A stretch of DNA of 64,000 nt, taken from NCBI GenBank assembly GCA_051532035.1, contig JAOPTW010000014.1, forward strand, positions 96,001-160,000, written 5' to 3'. The position numbers and the translations under genes were made by a program. Below the pieces are notes generated by a model, which saw only the letters and a list, made by a program, of their open reading frames with translations, was not told the origin of the DNA and made no database searches. This DNA is from Fibrobacterales bacterium (GTDB lineage Bacteria > Fibrobacterota > Fibrobacteria > Fibrobacterales > JAOPTW01). Positions 51,581-61,208 of this stretch are shown here, piece by piece (positions within the stretch are counted from its first letter, which is position 1; each line of letters opens with the position of its first letter).

Positions 51581-52877
51581 TCTGTCCCTCTGGTATTTGA
51601 TTTAAATCGGATATACTATCACGTAACGTTCGTTTGATTGTATCGAGAGAGTCTTCTTTACGAGGGATATTCAGCTCTGGCATAGTACCCTTTTTGGCAT
51701 TAAAGCGTTTTTCGAATTGAGATTGATCCAAACCTGTTTCTTTCTTACTCGGCTGAACAAGAGGTGCATCATTGAGATATATTAATACCCCAACACCTAC
51801 TATAATGAACAGTATTGATACAACGATTAGCCGCCCAATGTTAGCAGTACTTGAATTCTGAGTACCGCCCTTAGCATGATTGATCTGTTGATTAACCTTC
51901 TGACTTATATCAATTAACTGGGAAACAATTGCGCTATTATGTGGTTCCTCCTGGACCAAGGTTTTCAAAAGTTGATGTGCATCACTATAACTACTCTTGT
52001 TCTGTAATACTGCAATCTGTTTTTGATAGCAATCAACCCTCACCTTTTGATACATAGATGTTATAGAATGTTTGAGATTTGCCCTATCACTCGCCACAAC
52101 AGCAAAGTCTAACTGCCCTTGAAAATGAGCTTTCAATATTTCAAGGTGCTCTAATAATTCTTCTGTATCGTCAAAACGGATATCATTATTTGACTCTAAA
52201 CTTTTTTCAAAAATGGTATGCCACCACTTTGCTACACCACTGGTATCTCGTTGGTCATTTACAATGGCATCAACAATATGTTCGAATGAGTCTTGTGAAT
52301 AGAGATGACTCCCGGTGAGCATATGATAGAGGAGTGCCCCCAGAGAATAGATGTCACTTTGTACCGTAAGAGTTTTTTCTTGAATCTGCTCTGGCGATAA
52401 ATAACGAGGACTCCCTTGTATTCCCGATACTGAAGTGCCAATCTTCTCGACCATTCCAAAATCTACAATGATTGGCTTTAGGGAATGGGAGATCATTATA
52501 TTTCCCGGCTTGAGGTCACAGTGCAGATATCCCTGGGAGTGAAGATACTGCACCCCTTCTACAATATGAATAAAAATATCCAATGCGACAGACTCAGGCA
52601 ATTTACCAATTTGAGCGAGTGAGACCCCCGGCACCTTTTCTACTACAATAAAATAAGACCCTTCTTCTTCACCAAAATCAAATACTCGTTGAATATTGGG
52701 GTGATTCAAGGGTGCAAGTACCTCCGCTTCCATCTTGAAGCGGGTATGATTGCCATGACTATTCTCTTTGAGTACGACAGTTCTATTGAGAGAATCTTGT
52801 TGTGCATCATATACGACAGACTCCGAACCTCTATAGATTGGTACCCATTGAGTAAAATCGGAACGGTGAAACGGCAC
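51573..52877 (-). CDS. Hanks-type Ser/Thr protein kinase with C-terminal TM helix
   Basis: LNRTVVLK, RFKMEA..LAPLNHPNI, HCDLKPGNI, DFG, GSPRYLSPEQ, SDIYSLG; TM LIVVSILFIIVGVGVLIYL. GTG 52877 taken as start. Confidence 0.9.
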   Translation of the reverse strand: MPFHRSDFTQWVPIYRGSESVVYDAQQDSLNRTVVLKENSHGNHTRFKMEAEVLAPLNHPNIQRVFDFGEEEGSYFIVVEKVPGVSLAQIGKLPESVALDIFIHIVEGVQYLHSQGYLHCDLKPGNIMISHSLKPIIVDFGMVEKIGTSVSGIQGSPRYLSPEQIQEKTLTVQSDIYSLGALLYHMLTGSHLYSQDSFEHIVDAIVNDQRDTSGVAKWWHTIFEKSLESNNDIRFDDTEELLEHLEILKAHFQGQLDFAVVASDRANLKHSITSMYQKVRVDCYQKQIAVLQNKSSYSDAHQLLKTLVQEEPHNSAIVSQLIDISQKVNQQINHAKGGTQNSSTANIGRLIVVSILFIIVGVGVLIYLNDAPLVQPSKKETGLDQSQFEKRFNAKKGTMPELNIPRKEDSLDTIKRTLRDSISDLNQIPEGQND

Positions 52878-52879
52878 TG

Positions 52880-53587
52880 TTATTCTTCCCCTAAGGTTAA
52901 AAGAATGAGCTCGTCGTGAGCAATTTGAACCCATTTTTGAAGGTATGGGTCACTGGGTGCAATCTCAATGCCGAGAGACCAAGTAATATATGCTTCTTCA
53001 ACATCACCTTTTGCCCAGTAGTGATTCCCTAAATTAATATACGCCGAAATATACTGAGGGTGCTGATTTAATAATTCAGTAAAAAGAGCAATAGTCTGCT
53101 CACTCTTGTCCAGCTTTGAACAGGTGAGTGCTAGTATGTTTTTCACTTCGATACTCTTACTATTGAGGGCATGTGCAGCGCTTAAATACCGTTCTGCCTT
53201 ACCATACTTTTTATCAGAATAGAGTCCATAACCCTTTGTATATAACACTCCAATTAAGGAGTCCCTCTTCTGAAGTGGAAGCGCTACTCGAGCTGCAATA
53301 ATTGATTCTCTCACTAACCGGTCTAAATAGTATGCTTGTTTTTTAGGATGAAAAAGATAGAGTGTGCCTGATCCAATGAGTGATTCGATGTATTCTAACC
53401 GGAGTTGACCATTAAGAGGGTCACTATCCAATGCCTTTGAAAAAAGCCTTTCGGCACGGGGGTAATCTTCTATTTCTAGTGAATGACGCGCATCAGATTC
53501 AACCTTACTACATCCAAATGCAATAAGTCCCACTAGCAACAGGGGTACAATTGGCTTCAATACAATGTTACTCAGCATAGTGTACAT
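52880..53587 (-). CDS. TPR lipoprotein
   Basis: Lipobox IAFGC; TPR patterns (AERLFSKAL..DP; AYINLGNHYWAKGDVEEA...W...I.IAP). Confidence 0.8.
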   Translation of the reverse strand: MYTMLSNIVLKPIVPLLLVGLIAFGCSKVESDARHSLEIEDYPRAERLFSKALDSDPLNGQLRLEYIESLIGSGTLYLFHPKKQAYYLDRLVRESIIAARVALPLQKRDSLIGVLYTKGYGLYSDKKYGKAERYLSAAHALNSKSIEVKNILALTCSKLDKSEQTIALFTELLNQHPQYISAYINLGNHYWAKGDVEEAYITWSLGIEIAPSDPYLQKWVQIAHDELILLTLGEE

Positions 53588-53805
53588 TCGTTTCCCTATA
53601 TCCCTCATTAAAAAGCTGTCAGTTTCTTTATAATCTAACAAACTATACTTAAATGAATCTGCACTGTTAACCCAATGAGCATTTTTGCGCTCTCCAATGG
53701 AGAGCTACAACGATGTAATTTGGTAATTTATTCCCATTTTTTACCACCACAGACTAACTATTATAAACTATTCTTTATAGAAACAACCAACATGGAATAA
53801 ATCTC

Positions 53806-54522
53806 ATGAAAAAATTTATTGTACCATCACTCTTCGTATTGCTGCTATCAACCTTGTCAGCCCACGCACTTATTGGTGGACTCGGTTTTCACTATGCGCC
53901 AAATCTTCTTGGTGGAGTTGATGCATCCACAGAATCAATCGCTGGTCTAAATGTAGAACGAGCAGAAGCACTCGGTATGCAAGGTATTGGTGCAAAACTT
54001 TGGATTGACATTCTTCCCATAATAGATGTAGAAGCAACGGGTAATATGCAGTTTACAGAATATGACCTTACTATAGGGAGCACATCTATTGAAGCTGAGA
54101 CAGGACTTCCTCTTTTTGATGCAGCAAAACCAATGTTTGCTCTTGTAAGAGCAGACCTCACGATTACCTATCCTTTTCTTTCTATCCCTGCACTTGTTAA
54201 GTTTTATGTAGGGGGTGGTTACACACACACTTTTTCTCCAAAGCTCATTAACAAAGATTTTTTGGTTGATGTATCTAACCCAGAAGCCAACCCTTCACTC
54301 CTAAAGAATGAAGCTGAAATTGTAAGTGATGCAACTAAAGCATTTAAAGATGAAGGTTTTAACTCAGGCGTTGGCGGTCACATAATCCTTGGTGCCCGTA
54401 CACAACTCCCTATCATACCTCTTGCAGCCTATCTCAATGCCAAATATCACATTGGTGGCGGCATGGATGACGGCGCAAAAAGTGGAATCACTATCGAAAT
54501 CGGTGGTGGTCTCTCTCTCTAA
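53806..54522 (+). CDS. Small outer-membrane beta-barrel protein
   Basis: Signal peptide SAHA; GGLGFHY, FYVGGGY, GVGGH..LGAR, C-terminal GGGLSL. Confidence 0.65.
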   Translation: MKKFIVPSLFVLLLSTLSAHALIGGLGFHYAPNLLGGVDASTESIAGLNVERAEALGMQGIGAKLWIDILPIIDVEATGNMQFTEYDLTIGSTSIEAETGLPLFDAAKPMFALVRADLTITYPFLSIPALVKFYVGGGYTHTFSPKLINKDFLVDVSNPEANPSLLKNEAEIVSDATKAFKDEGFNSGVGGHIILGARTQLPIIPLAAYLNAKYHIGGGMDDGAKSGITIEIGGGLSL

Positions 54523-54544
54523 CGATTTTTAGAGACAATTTCTT

Positions 54545-54575
54545 AAGGGTGTTCTTTTTAGAACACCCTTTTTTT
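54545..54575 (+). terminator. Intrinsic terminator
   Basis: aagggtgttct-tttt-agaacacccttttttt. Confidence 0.85.
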
Positions 54576-54710
54576 GTCTTCTGTGGTAGCTTTATCCCTC
54601 TCTGCCCCCTCAAGCAGCTATTACCGATTATTAAGGATTTATTCACTGTTTAAGGCTTAATTTTGCTAATTTTAGCCCTAATAGACTTCAAACAGAGCGT
54701 AATAGCCCTC

Positions 54711-56069
54711 ATGATATCAGAACCAGTTTCATTAATAGAGCCGGAAAATCCACTTCCTGACCATACAATCGCCATGCTCAGTGAGCCTACGCAACAATCA
54801 CTTATAGAACAGAAATGGGACGATCTTTTTCCTGTACAGAAAAAAGCAATACCATATATGCTTGCAGGTCGAGATATGCTTATCCAATCTCAGACTGGCT
54901 CTGGAAAAACAGGTGCATTTGTCATCCCCCTCGTTGAGCTTATTGTTACTGACCACAACTTCCCACAGGCCCTCATCATGGTTCCTACACGGGAGCTTGC
55001 TGTACAGGTTGAAGTAGAGGTTCAAAGAATCGGTAAAGGTCGTGGTGTTAAATCTGTCTGTATTTATGGCGGTGTCCCATACGACAAACAAGTGAAACTT
55101 CTTAAAGAAGGTGCCCATATTGTTGTTGCAACTCCTGGACGTCTTCTTGACTTGTTAGAGAAAAAAGTTTTTGACTTTCTTTCACTTCGTGACCTTATTA
55201 TGGATGAAGCTGATGAGATGCTCTCTATGGGGTTTTATCCCGACATGAGAAAGCTTAAGTCTTACTTCCCTAAACAACGCTGTACCACACTCTTTTCAGC
55301 AACAATACCTAATGGTGTTAAATACCTTGCTAAAGAGTTTCAAAGCCCTAATGCCGACTTCCTCTGCTTAAGCTACGAGAAAATGTCTACGGACTTTCTT
55401 GAACATGACTACTACATTGTACCACAACTCGATAAAGATAATTTTGTTATCAAACTTCTTGAATACGAAAATCCTGAGTCGTGTATTGTTTTTTGTAATC
55501 AAAAGAAAGATGTGCACTACCTCGAACAGTACCTCGATAGCTATGGATTTACTATTGGCGCACTCAGTAGTGATGTAACCCAGAATAATCGTCAAAAAAT
55601 ATTAAAGCAGTTTAGAAGTCAAGAACTTAAAGTACTTATTGCAACAGATGTTGCTGCACGTGGTATTGATATTTCTCATGTGAGCCATGTTATTATTCAT
55701 GATCATCCTGACAACAACGAAGTATATATTCACCGTTCTGGTAGAACTGCACGTGCGGGTAACACAGGTAAATCGATATCACTCGTAACCCAACTCGAAG
55801 AACTTGAACTACTCAAAACTGAAAAACAGTTTGGCCTTAACTTTATCAAAAAGGATATTGCTGTTCTTGAAGAGCTTGAAGGTCGCGTAAGAGAACGTGT
55901 AAGAAATTTTCTTGCATCAGAGAAACGTTCAATACGTCAAAGTCAGAAAAAACGCCTTGGCCGCTACCTCCCCCTTATTGAAGAAATGCTTCAAAACGAA
56001 GATGAGAAAGAGGTACTTGCGTATCTCCTTGATACTTTTTATTGGAAGAGAGTAAACAACAAAGATTAG
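54711..56069 (+). CDS. DEAD-box RNA helicase
   Basis: Q motif, QTGSGKT, PTRELA, TPGRL, DEAD, SAT, TDVAARGID, YIHRSGRTAR. Confidence 0.95.
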   Translation: MISEPVSLIEPENPLPDHTIAMLSEPTQQSLIEQKWDDLFPVQKKAIPYMLAGRDMLIQSQTGSGKTGAFVIPLVELIVTDHNFPQALIMVPTRELAVQVEVEVQRIGKGRGVKSVCIYGGVPYDKQVKLLKEGAHIVVATPGRLLDLLEKKVFDFLSLRDLIMDEADEMLSMGFYPDMRKLKSYFPKQRCTTLFSATIPNGVKYLAKEFQSPNADFLCLSYEKMSTDFLEHDYYIVPQLDKDNFVIKLLEYENPESCIVFCNQKKDVHYLEQYLDSYGFTIGALSSDVTQNNRQKILKQFRSQELKVLIATDVAARGIDISHVSHVIIHDHPDNNEVYIHRSGRTARAGNTGKSISLVTQLEELELLKTEKQFGLNFIKKDIAVLEELEGRVRERVRNFLASEKRSIRQSQKKRLGRYLPLIEEMLQNEDEKEVLAYLLDTFYWKRVNNKD

Positions 56070-56070
56070 T

Positions 56071-56832
56071 ATGATACGTATTAAAAATAAATTAGAAATT
56101 GAACGCATTAGAGAAGCAAGTCACCTTGCAGCAAAAACACTCTACCTCGCAGGAAAAATGGCCCTTCCGGGTACACGACTCCTCGACATTGATGCGTTTG
56201 TACACGACTATACCATTGAGAATGATGCAATTCCTGCTCCCTTAAACTATCACGGATTTCCAAAATCAGTGTGTCTTTCGGTAAATGATTGCGTCACTCA
56301 TGGAATCCCTAGTGATTACGTGTTACAGGATGGTGACATCGTCAATATTGATGTCACTTCTATTCTCAACGGGTATCACGGAGACACCTCAAAGACCTAC
56401 TTGGTTGGCGATGTTACCGATGAAACTCGTGATTTAGTCAAAGCTGCACATACTGCAATGTGGGAAGGAATTAACGCGGTTAAAGAGCGCGCTCATTTCG
56501 GAGATATTGGTACTGCAATCCAAGGATATTGCGATGGACTTGGATACAGTGTTGTACGTGATTACTGTGGCCACGGTATCGGTCGCCAATTTCACGAAGA
56601 CCCTCTTGTACTGCACTATCACTCTCGTCAGAAGAGCCCCAAAATTCAAAAGGGTATGGTTTTTACCATTGAGCCAATGATCAATATTGGAGGCTTTAAG
56701 GTCAAAACCCTTGAAGATGGTTGGACAGTTCTCACGGCAGACGGATCACTCTCAGCACAGTTTGAACATACGTTGGTTCTGACAGACAATGGGGTTGAAG
56801 TACTTACTGATGTCGCTTTTGACGATGCATAA
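56071..56832 (+). CDS. map: Methionine aminopeptidase type I
   Basis: SVNDCVTHGIP, DIVNIDVT, GYHGDTS, GHGIG..FHEDP, FTIEPM, SAQFEHT. Confidence 0.96.
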   Translation: MIRIKNKLEIERIREASHLAAKTLYLAGKMALPGTRLLDIDAFVHDYTIENDAIPAPLNYHGFPKSVCLSVNDCVTHGIPSDYVLQDGDIVNIDVTSILNGYHGDTSKTYLVGDVTDETRDLVKAAHTAMWEGINAVKERAHFGDIGTAIQGYCDGLGYSVVRDYCGHGIGRQFHEDPLVLHYHSRQKSPKIQKGMVFTIEPMINIGGFKVKTLEDGWTVLTADGSLSAQFEHTLVLTDNGVEVLTDVAFDDA

Positions 56833-56936
56833 CATAACAAACCAGAGCGAACAATCTCTTGCCCTTAACCGTGCAGAAGAAGAGATGAAAAAGAGCAATA
56901 GCTTAAGCCCTGAGTCTGCAGAAGTGCTCCTCATGG

Positions 56937-58403
56937 ATGCTATACTTCGGAAGAAATCTCGTCAGGAGCAAAATTATAGTTAATCAAGATATAGAAAAAC
57001 GCGTGTTGATAATCCTCCCCAATAATCCGGGAGATGTCATCATGGCTTTATATCTTATTGACTCACTCAGACGATACCACCCAGAATACACACTTGATTA
57101 CCTTATTGATGCCGAGTGTAAAGACCTTGTGGAACACCATCCTCACATAGATCGATGTCATGTTCTTCCTCGAGCGTCAATTCAAAAACATACTGAAAAC
57201 AATGATTATAGTCGTGCCTATGGATTATTAAGAGAATCTTTAAGCCAACTTCTCTCTACCCATTACCTGCTCTCTCTCAACCTCTTTCAGGATGATTACT
57301 CAGCCATACTTCAAAGCATGATTATCGCCGACACTAAAAAGGGGAAGTGCCTTGGCCCCTTTGGTGAATTTATTATCCCTGACAATTGGAGCCGCTACCT
57401 CTATGCAATACCAGCCAATAGAAAAGCTAACAGACTCCACGCTATAGATATCTATCACAGAATTGCAGGAATACACAATTACTCTCGCCCCAATGCATCA
57501 CTTCCCCCTTGTGCTGTTCCAAAACAACTACTCAGCGCTCTCCCTCAGAACTATATTGCAATACAACAAGGATCGGCATGGAGTGGCAAAAAATGGCCAC
57601 TCTCCTACTGGACAGAGTCAATTAATAATATTATAGACAATAGCAATGATCATATCGTCTTGATTGGCGCACCACAAGAATTTGAACAAAACGAGAAACT
57701 CCGTGCCATTGCCCCTGGCCGCATATTTAATAAAACAGGCTCAACATCACTCGTGGAATTGTCTAAAGTACTGAGCAATGCCCGTCTTCTCATTACAGGA
57801 GACACCTTTGCCATGCATATGGCAACCGCTGTTTCATGCCCTGTCATTGCGCTCTTTGGCCCGAGTAACCCTATTGAGACCGGCCCTTATGGATTACACC
57901 ATTTTGTAGTGCAATCCAATCACCCGACACAAAATGATTTTGACCTCAAAGCCGAAGCACACCAAGGTCTCTCTGCTATTAAACCAGCGACTATAGCAAG
58001 CCTTGCACTCTCTACTATCCCTTTAGAAAACTCACTATCAGAGACCTTTTGGAATGAATCACAGAGCTATCAGTTTTTGGTTAATAGTGACGCAAGTAGC
58101 CACTCAATTGTTGCATCCCTGAGCATTACCCCGGACATTACCGATGTACCTATCAAAGATGTTGTACCAATACTCACTGTAATTGAGCAAAAGCTCACGG
58201 GGTATCTTGGATCTATTCCAACACCAGCACAGAGTGCAGAGCTTGCTCAACTCGACACATCACTGCATCAATACACACAGAACAATCTCTCTTTTGAATA
58301 CTATCGCATTACCTTAAATAGCATACCAGTTAATTCTATTGATACCTATCTCAATCAACGACTTGAAATAACCAGGTATTTTCTAAAAGAACTCGGGCAG
58401 TAA
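56937..58403 (+). CDS. Glycosyltransferase family 9 (heptosyltransferase-like)
   Basis: VLII....PGDV, GSAW..KKWP, TGSTSL.EL...L..A.LLITGDT..MHMATAV..PVIALFGPS. Start uncertain. Confidence 0.85.
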   Translation: MLYFGRNLVRSKIIVNQDIEKRVLIILPNNPGDVIMALYLIDSLRRYHPEYTLDYLIDAECKDLVEHHPHIDRCHVLPRASIQKHTENNDYSRAYGLLRESLSQLLSTHYLLSLNLFQDDYSAILQSMIIADTKKGKCLGPFGEFIIPDNWSRYLYAIPANRKANRLHAIDIYHRIAGIHNYSRPNASLPPCAVPKQLLSALPQNYIAIQQGSAWSGKKWPLSYWTESINNIIDNSNDHIVLIGAPQEFEQNEKLRAIAPGRIFNKTGSTSLVELSKVLSNARLLITGDTFAMHMATAVSCPVIALFGPSNPIETGPYGLHHFVVQSNHPTQNDFDLKAEAHQGLSAIKPATIASLALSTIPLENSLSETFWNESQSYQFLVNSDASSHSIVASLSITPDITDVPIKDVVPILTVIEQKLTGYLGSIPTPAQSAELAQLDTSLHQYTQNNLSFEYYRITLNSIPVNSIDTYLNQRLEITRYFLKELGQ

Positions 58404-58548
58404 CGTCCAAATGGTAGCCATCTATACTGTATCTTACCACATCAGAAAGTCACCCTACGCAACAGTTTGACAACAGTTTAACTTTCTTTGTATTGACTAC
58501 ATTATGATAAGGAATTATTATAATCATAGTAATAGCCTGGAGGAATCG

Positions 58549-61107
58549 TTGAAACACTTTATAACCATCATATCCTGTTGCATATTTATACTCAACGCAA
58601 ACGAACCAGTAGATGACTTGGAAATCTTGATGGAGATGTCTTTTGAAGAGCTTCTCAATCAAACTATTGTCGTAGCATCAAAAAAAGCTGAACCTGTTTC
58701 TGACGCATCGGGATCGGTAACGGTATACTCCAGAAAGGCCATGGATGCCATGGGTATTTACACACTTAAAGACCTTGCTGAAGTGACTCCTGGATATTCA
58801 CTCAATGTTACCTCAGACAATGATGTCTGGCTAGAGACACGAGGCACCTACGGAACGCACAACTCCAAACATCTAATATTAGTTGATGGTGTTTCTATAA
58901 ATAATGCTCGAAACTATATGGGACAAGTTGACTGGGACCTCCCATTACATTGCGCTGAACGAATAGAATTTCTTAAAGGGCCCGCATCAGCACTCTATGG
59001 AACTGGTGCATTTAATGGTGTTATTAATATTGTCTCGAACACAAACGAACAAGCTCGGGTTATCATTAATGCGGGTAGTGAAAATTTTAGAAAGAACAGA
59101 GATGGTAACTACATAATGAACAAATCACTCTTGGCCTCTCTCACCAAAAAAGGAGCCTATGGCATAACCCACCTGAGTATTGGTTATCACACCAAAGATG
59201 CAGATCAACAGCCGACATCGAAAAATTATCTGTCCGAACTTAACAAAACAATTGAAACAAGCAACCAAACGGGGCGCTATACCATCGACAATAAACAAAC
59301 ATATACTGCCATAGATAGCTCTGGGTCATTCACACTTCTAAACACTGATACTCTTCAGACGAGTGATGTTACTATCGATAGCTCTTTTTCTTTTTCCAGT
59401 ACAGGCTCTCTCCCCTATGATACTATTACCGTACAAGGCTACCCTGTATACTCCCAACAAGAACTCAGCGACCACTCGATTATTCTGGGCAACTATTCTC
59501 TTATTGATACACTCAACAGTGATGGCATCCCATATTATGTTATTAAAGATTCACTCGTAAACAAGCAAGTAGCCCGATACCTCACTGCCATCGATACCAA
59601 TACCCGAAATTTTCCCGAACAGTATGGCGCTACACAAAATGAGATGCAGACCCAAGAGACGTCATTATTCATACATCTTTCACAACTTTTTACTGAAGGC
59701 CTCTTTGAAGGAGTTAAAATCGGACTCATATATACCGACAGAGAAAATGGCTATGGCATGGGCTGGGCAGACAACTCAAGTATTTCGAACCTTCACATTT
59801 GGAGTTCCCTTATACCCTATCTATCATATACCAAAGAACTCACGTCATCACTTCACCTCTATAGTAGTATTAAGTACAATAAAAGCAGAGAGTTTGGCAA
59901 ACAGGCTAATAGAGTGGGGTGGTGGGCAGAAACAGGCTCTTCCAATGCCATTATAAGTGGTACCGCAACGCCTCGGTGGGGGCTTTTTGAATACGACGTA
60001 TTCACTCACAATATTGAGGGCACCTCAGAACTTTCTTATTCAAATCATGAGAACTTCACTATCATTGCCGGCTTACAATATGACACTCGGTGGCAAGATC
60101 AACAACGCTCGTACACTATACATTCTAATGCACCTGCTACCAATGGATTCAATGGAGGACTTACGCAACTCTATGGTGAGAAAGCGCACACATGGTCGGA
60201 GTACATTCAAATGAGTTATACACTCCCTCTTATAAAAGGACTGATAACAACAACTGGAGTCAGGCAAGACAATGGATATCTCGATGGTGAAACATACTCA
60301 ACACTTTCGCCCAGACTCGCTTTAGTACAAAAAATTACTGACCAAATTAACCTTCGGTCCTCTTATAGCCGAGCTCTCAAAGCCCCAGGCATTCAAGAAG
60401 TGAGTCACAATAGTGAAAAAAGTTATCAAATTGATAATCACAATGCGTTATACCCCGACAAACAAGACCTTACCAAACTTAAGACCGTAAAACCAGAAAT
60501 CATAGAAACCCTCGAAGGGGGCCTAACCTATAACAGAGCGAAGTTCTCTGCCTCATATACTCACTTTTATAATAGAACCACCCAAACTATTGGTAAATTC
60601 TTTTTTGGGAAAAAACATGGAACCCTCGATAATGGTGGGGCAATTGATGGCGCCATTCTTGAGTCTGACTTTTTTGGAAACTACGAGGGCACAACTTACG
60701 CACAGGGTGGTGAATTAGAGTTTCAATTCACTCCAAACAAAACCTATTATATTGTTGCTAATAGCTCTTTTTCTGAAACATGGGGCTTTCCTAATCCTGA
60801 TAGTCCCGACAATGAAACAGGTTACACTCCATATGCACCCGTCTGGACAGGAAACCTCGGCCTATCCTATACTGCGAGTATCTTTAACTCTTTCGCCTGG
60901 ATTAAATATGTAAGTGGATACCGTGAATTCAAAACGGTCAAAAATGGACATTTCGCCATTGATATTAATAATCGTTTAACCCTTGCGTCATATGCTGATT
61001 TGACCCTTAAGGTTACTAATCTATTAAACAACAAATATAAAACAGCTGTGGGTGCTTATTATCTCCCAGAGCGTACTATTACGATTGGGGTTGATACGCA
61101 ATTTTAA
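58549..61107 (+). CDS. TonB-dependent receptor
   Basis: GGAGGA RBS before TTG; MSFEELLN..IVVASKK, plug ERIEFLKGPASALYGTGAFNGVINI, SPRLALV, VKPE, NLLN..Y, terminal F. Confidence 0.9.
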   Translation: MKHFITIISCCIFILNANEPVDDLEILMEMSFEELLNQTIVVASKKAEPVSDASGSVTVYSRKAMDAMGIYTLKDLAEVTPGYSLNVTSDNDVWLETRGTYGTHNSKHLILVDGVSINNARNYMGQVDWDLPLHCAERIEFLKGPASALYGTGAFNGVINIVSNTNEQARVIINAGSENFRKNRDGNYIMNKSLLASLTKKGAYGITHLSIGYHTKDADQQPTSKNYLSELNKTIETSNQTGRYTIDNKQTYTAIDSSGSFTLLNTDTLQTSDVTIDSSFSFSSTGSLPYDTITVQGYPVYSQQELSDHSIILGNYSLIDTLNSDGIPYYVIKDSLVNKQVARYLTAIDTNTRNFPEQYGATQNEMQTQETSLFIHLSQLFTEGLFEGVKIGLIYTDRENGYGMGWADNSSISNLHIWSSLIPYLSYTKELTSSLHLYSSIKYNKSREFGKQANRVGWWAETGSSNAIISGTATPRWGLFEYDVFTHNIEGTSELSYSNHENFTIIAGLQYDTRWQDQQRSYTIHSNAPATNGFNGGLTQLYGEKAHTWSEYIQMSYTLPLIKGLITTTGVRQDNGYLDGETYSTLSPRLALVQKITDQINLRSSYSRALKAPGIQEVSHNSEKSYQIDNHNALYPDKQDLTKLKTVKPEIIETLEGGLTYNRAKFSASYTHFYNRTTQTIGKFFFGKKHGTLDNGGAIDGAILESDFFGNYEGTTYAQGGELEFQFTPNKTYYIVANSSFSETWGFPNPDSPDNETGYTPYAPVWTGNLGLSYTASIFNSFAWIKYVSGYREFKTVKNGHFAIDINNRLTLASYADLTLKVTNLLNNKYKTAVGAYYLPERTITIGVDTQF

Positions 61108-61144
61108 TGGGCTCTCTAGAAGCCCCCAACAAACCCCTTTAAGT

Positions 61145-61179
61145 AAAACAGCCTGTCGATTGACTGGCTGTTTTGTTTT
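61145..61179. terminator. Bidirectional terminator between convergent genes
   Basis: aaaacagcc-tgtc-gatt-gact-ggctgtttt. Confidence 0.7.
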
Positions 61180-61208
61180 CAAGAAAAATATGTCTTTAAA
61201 ATAACTTG

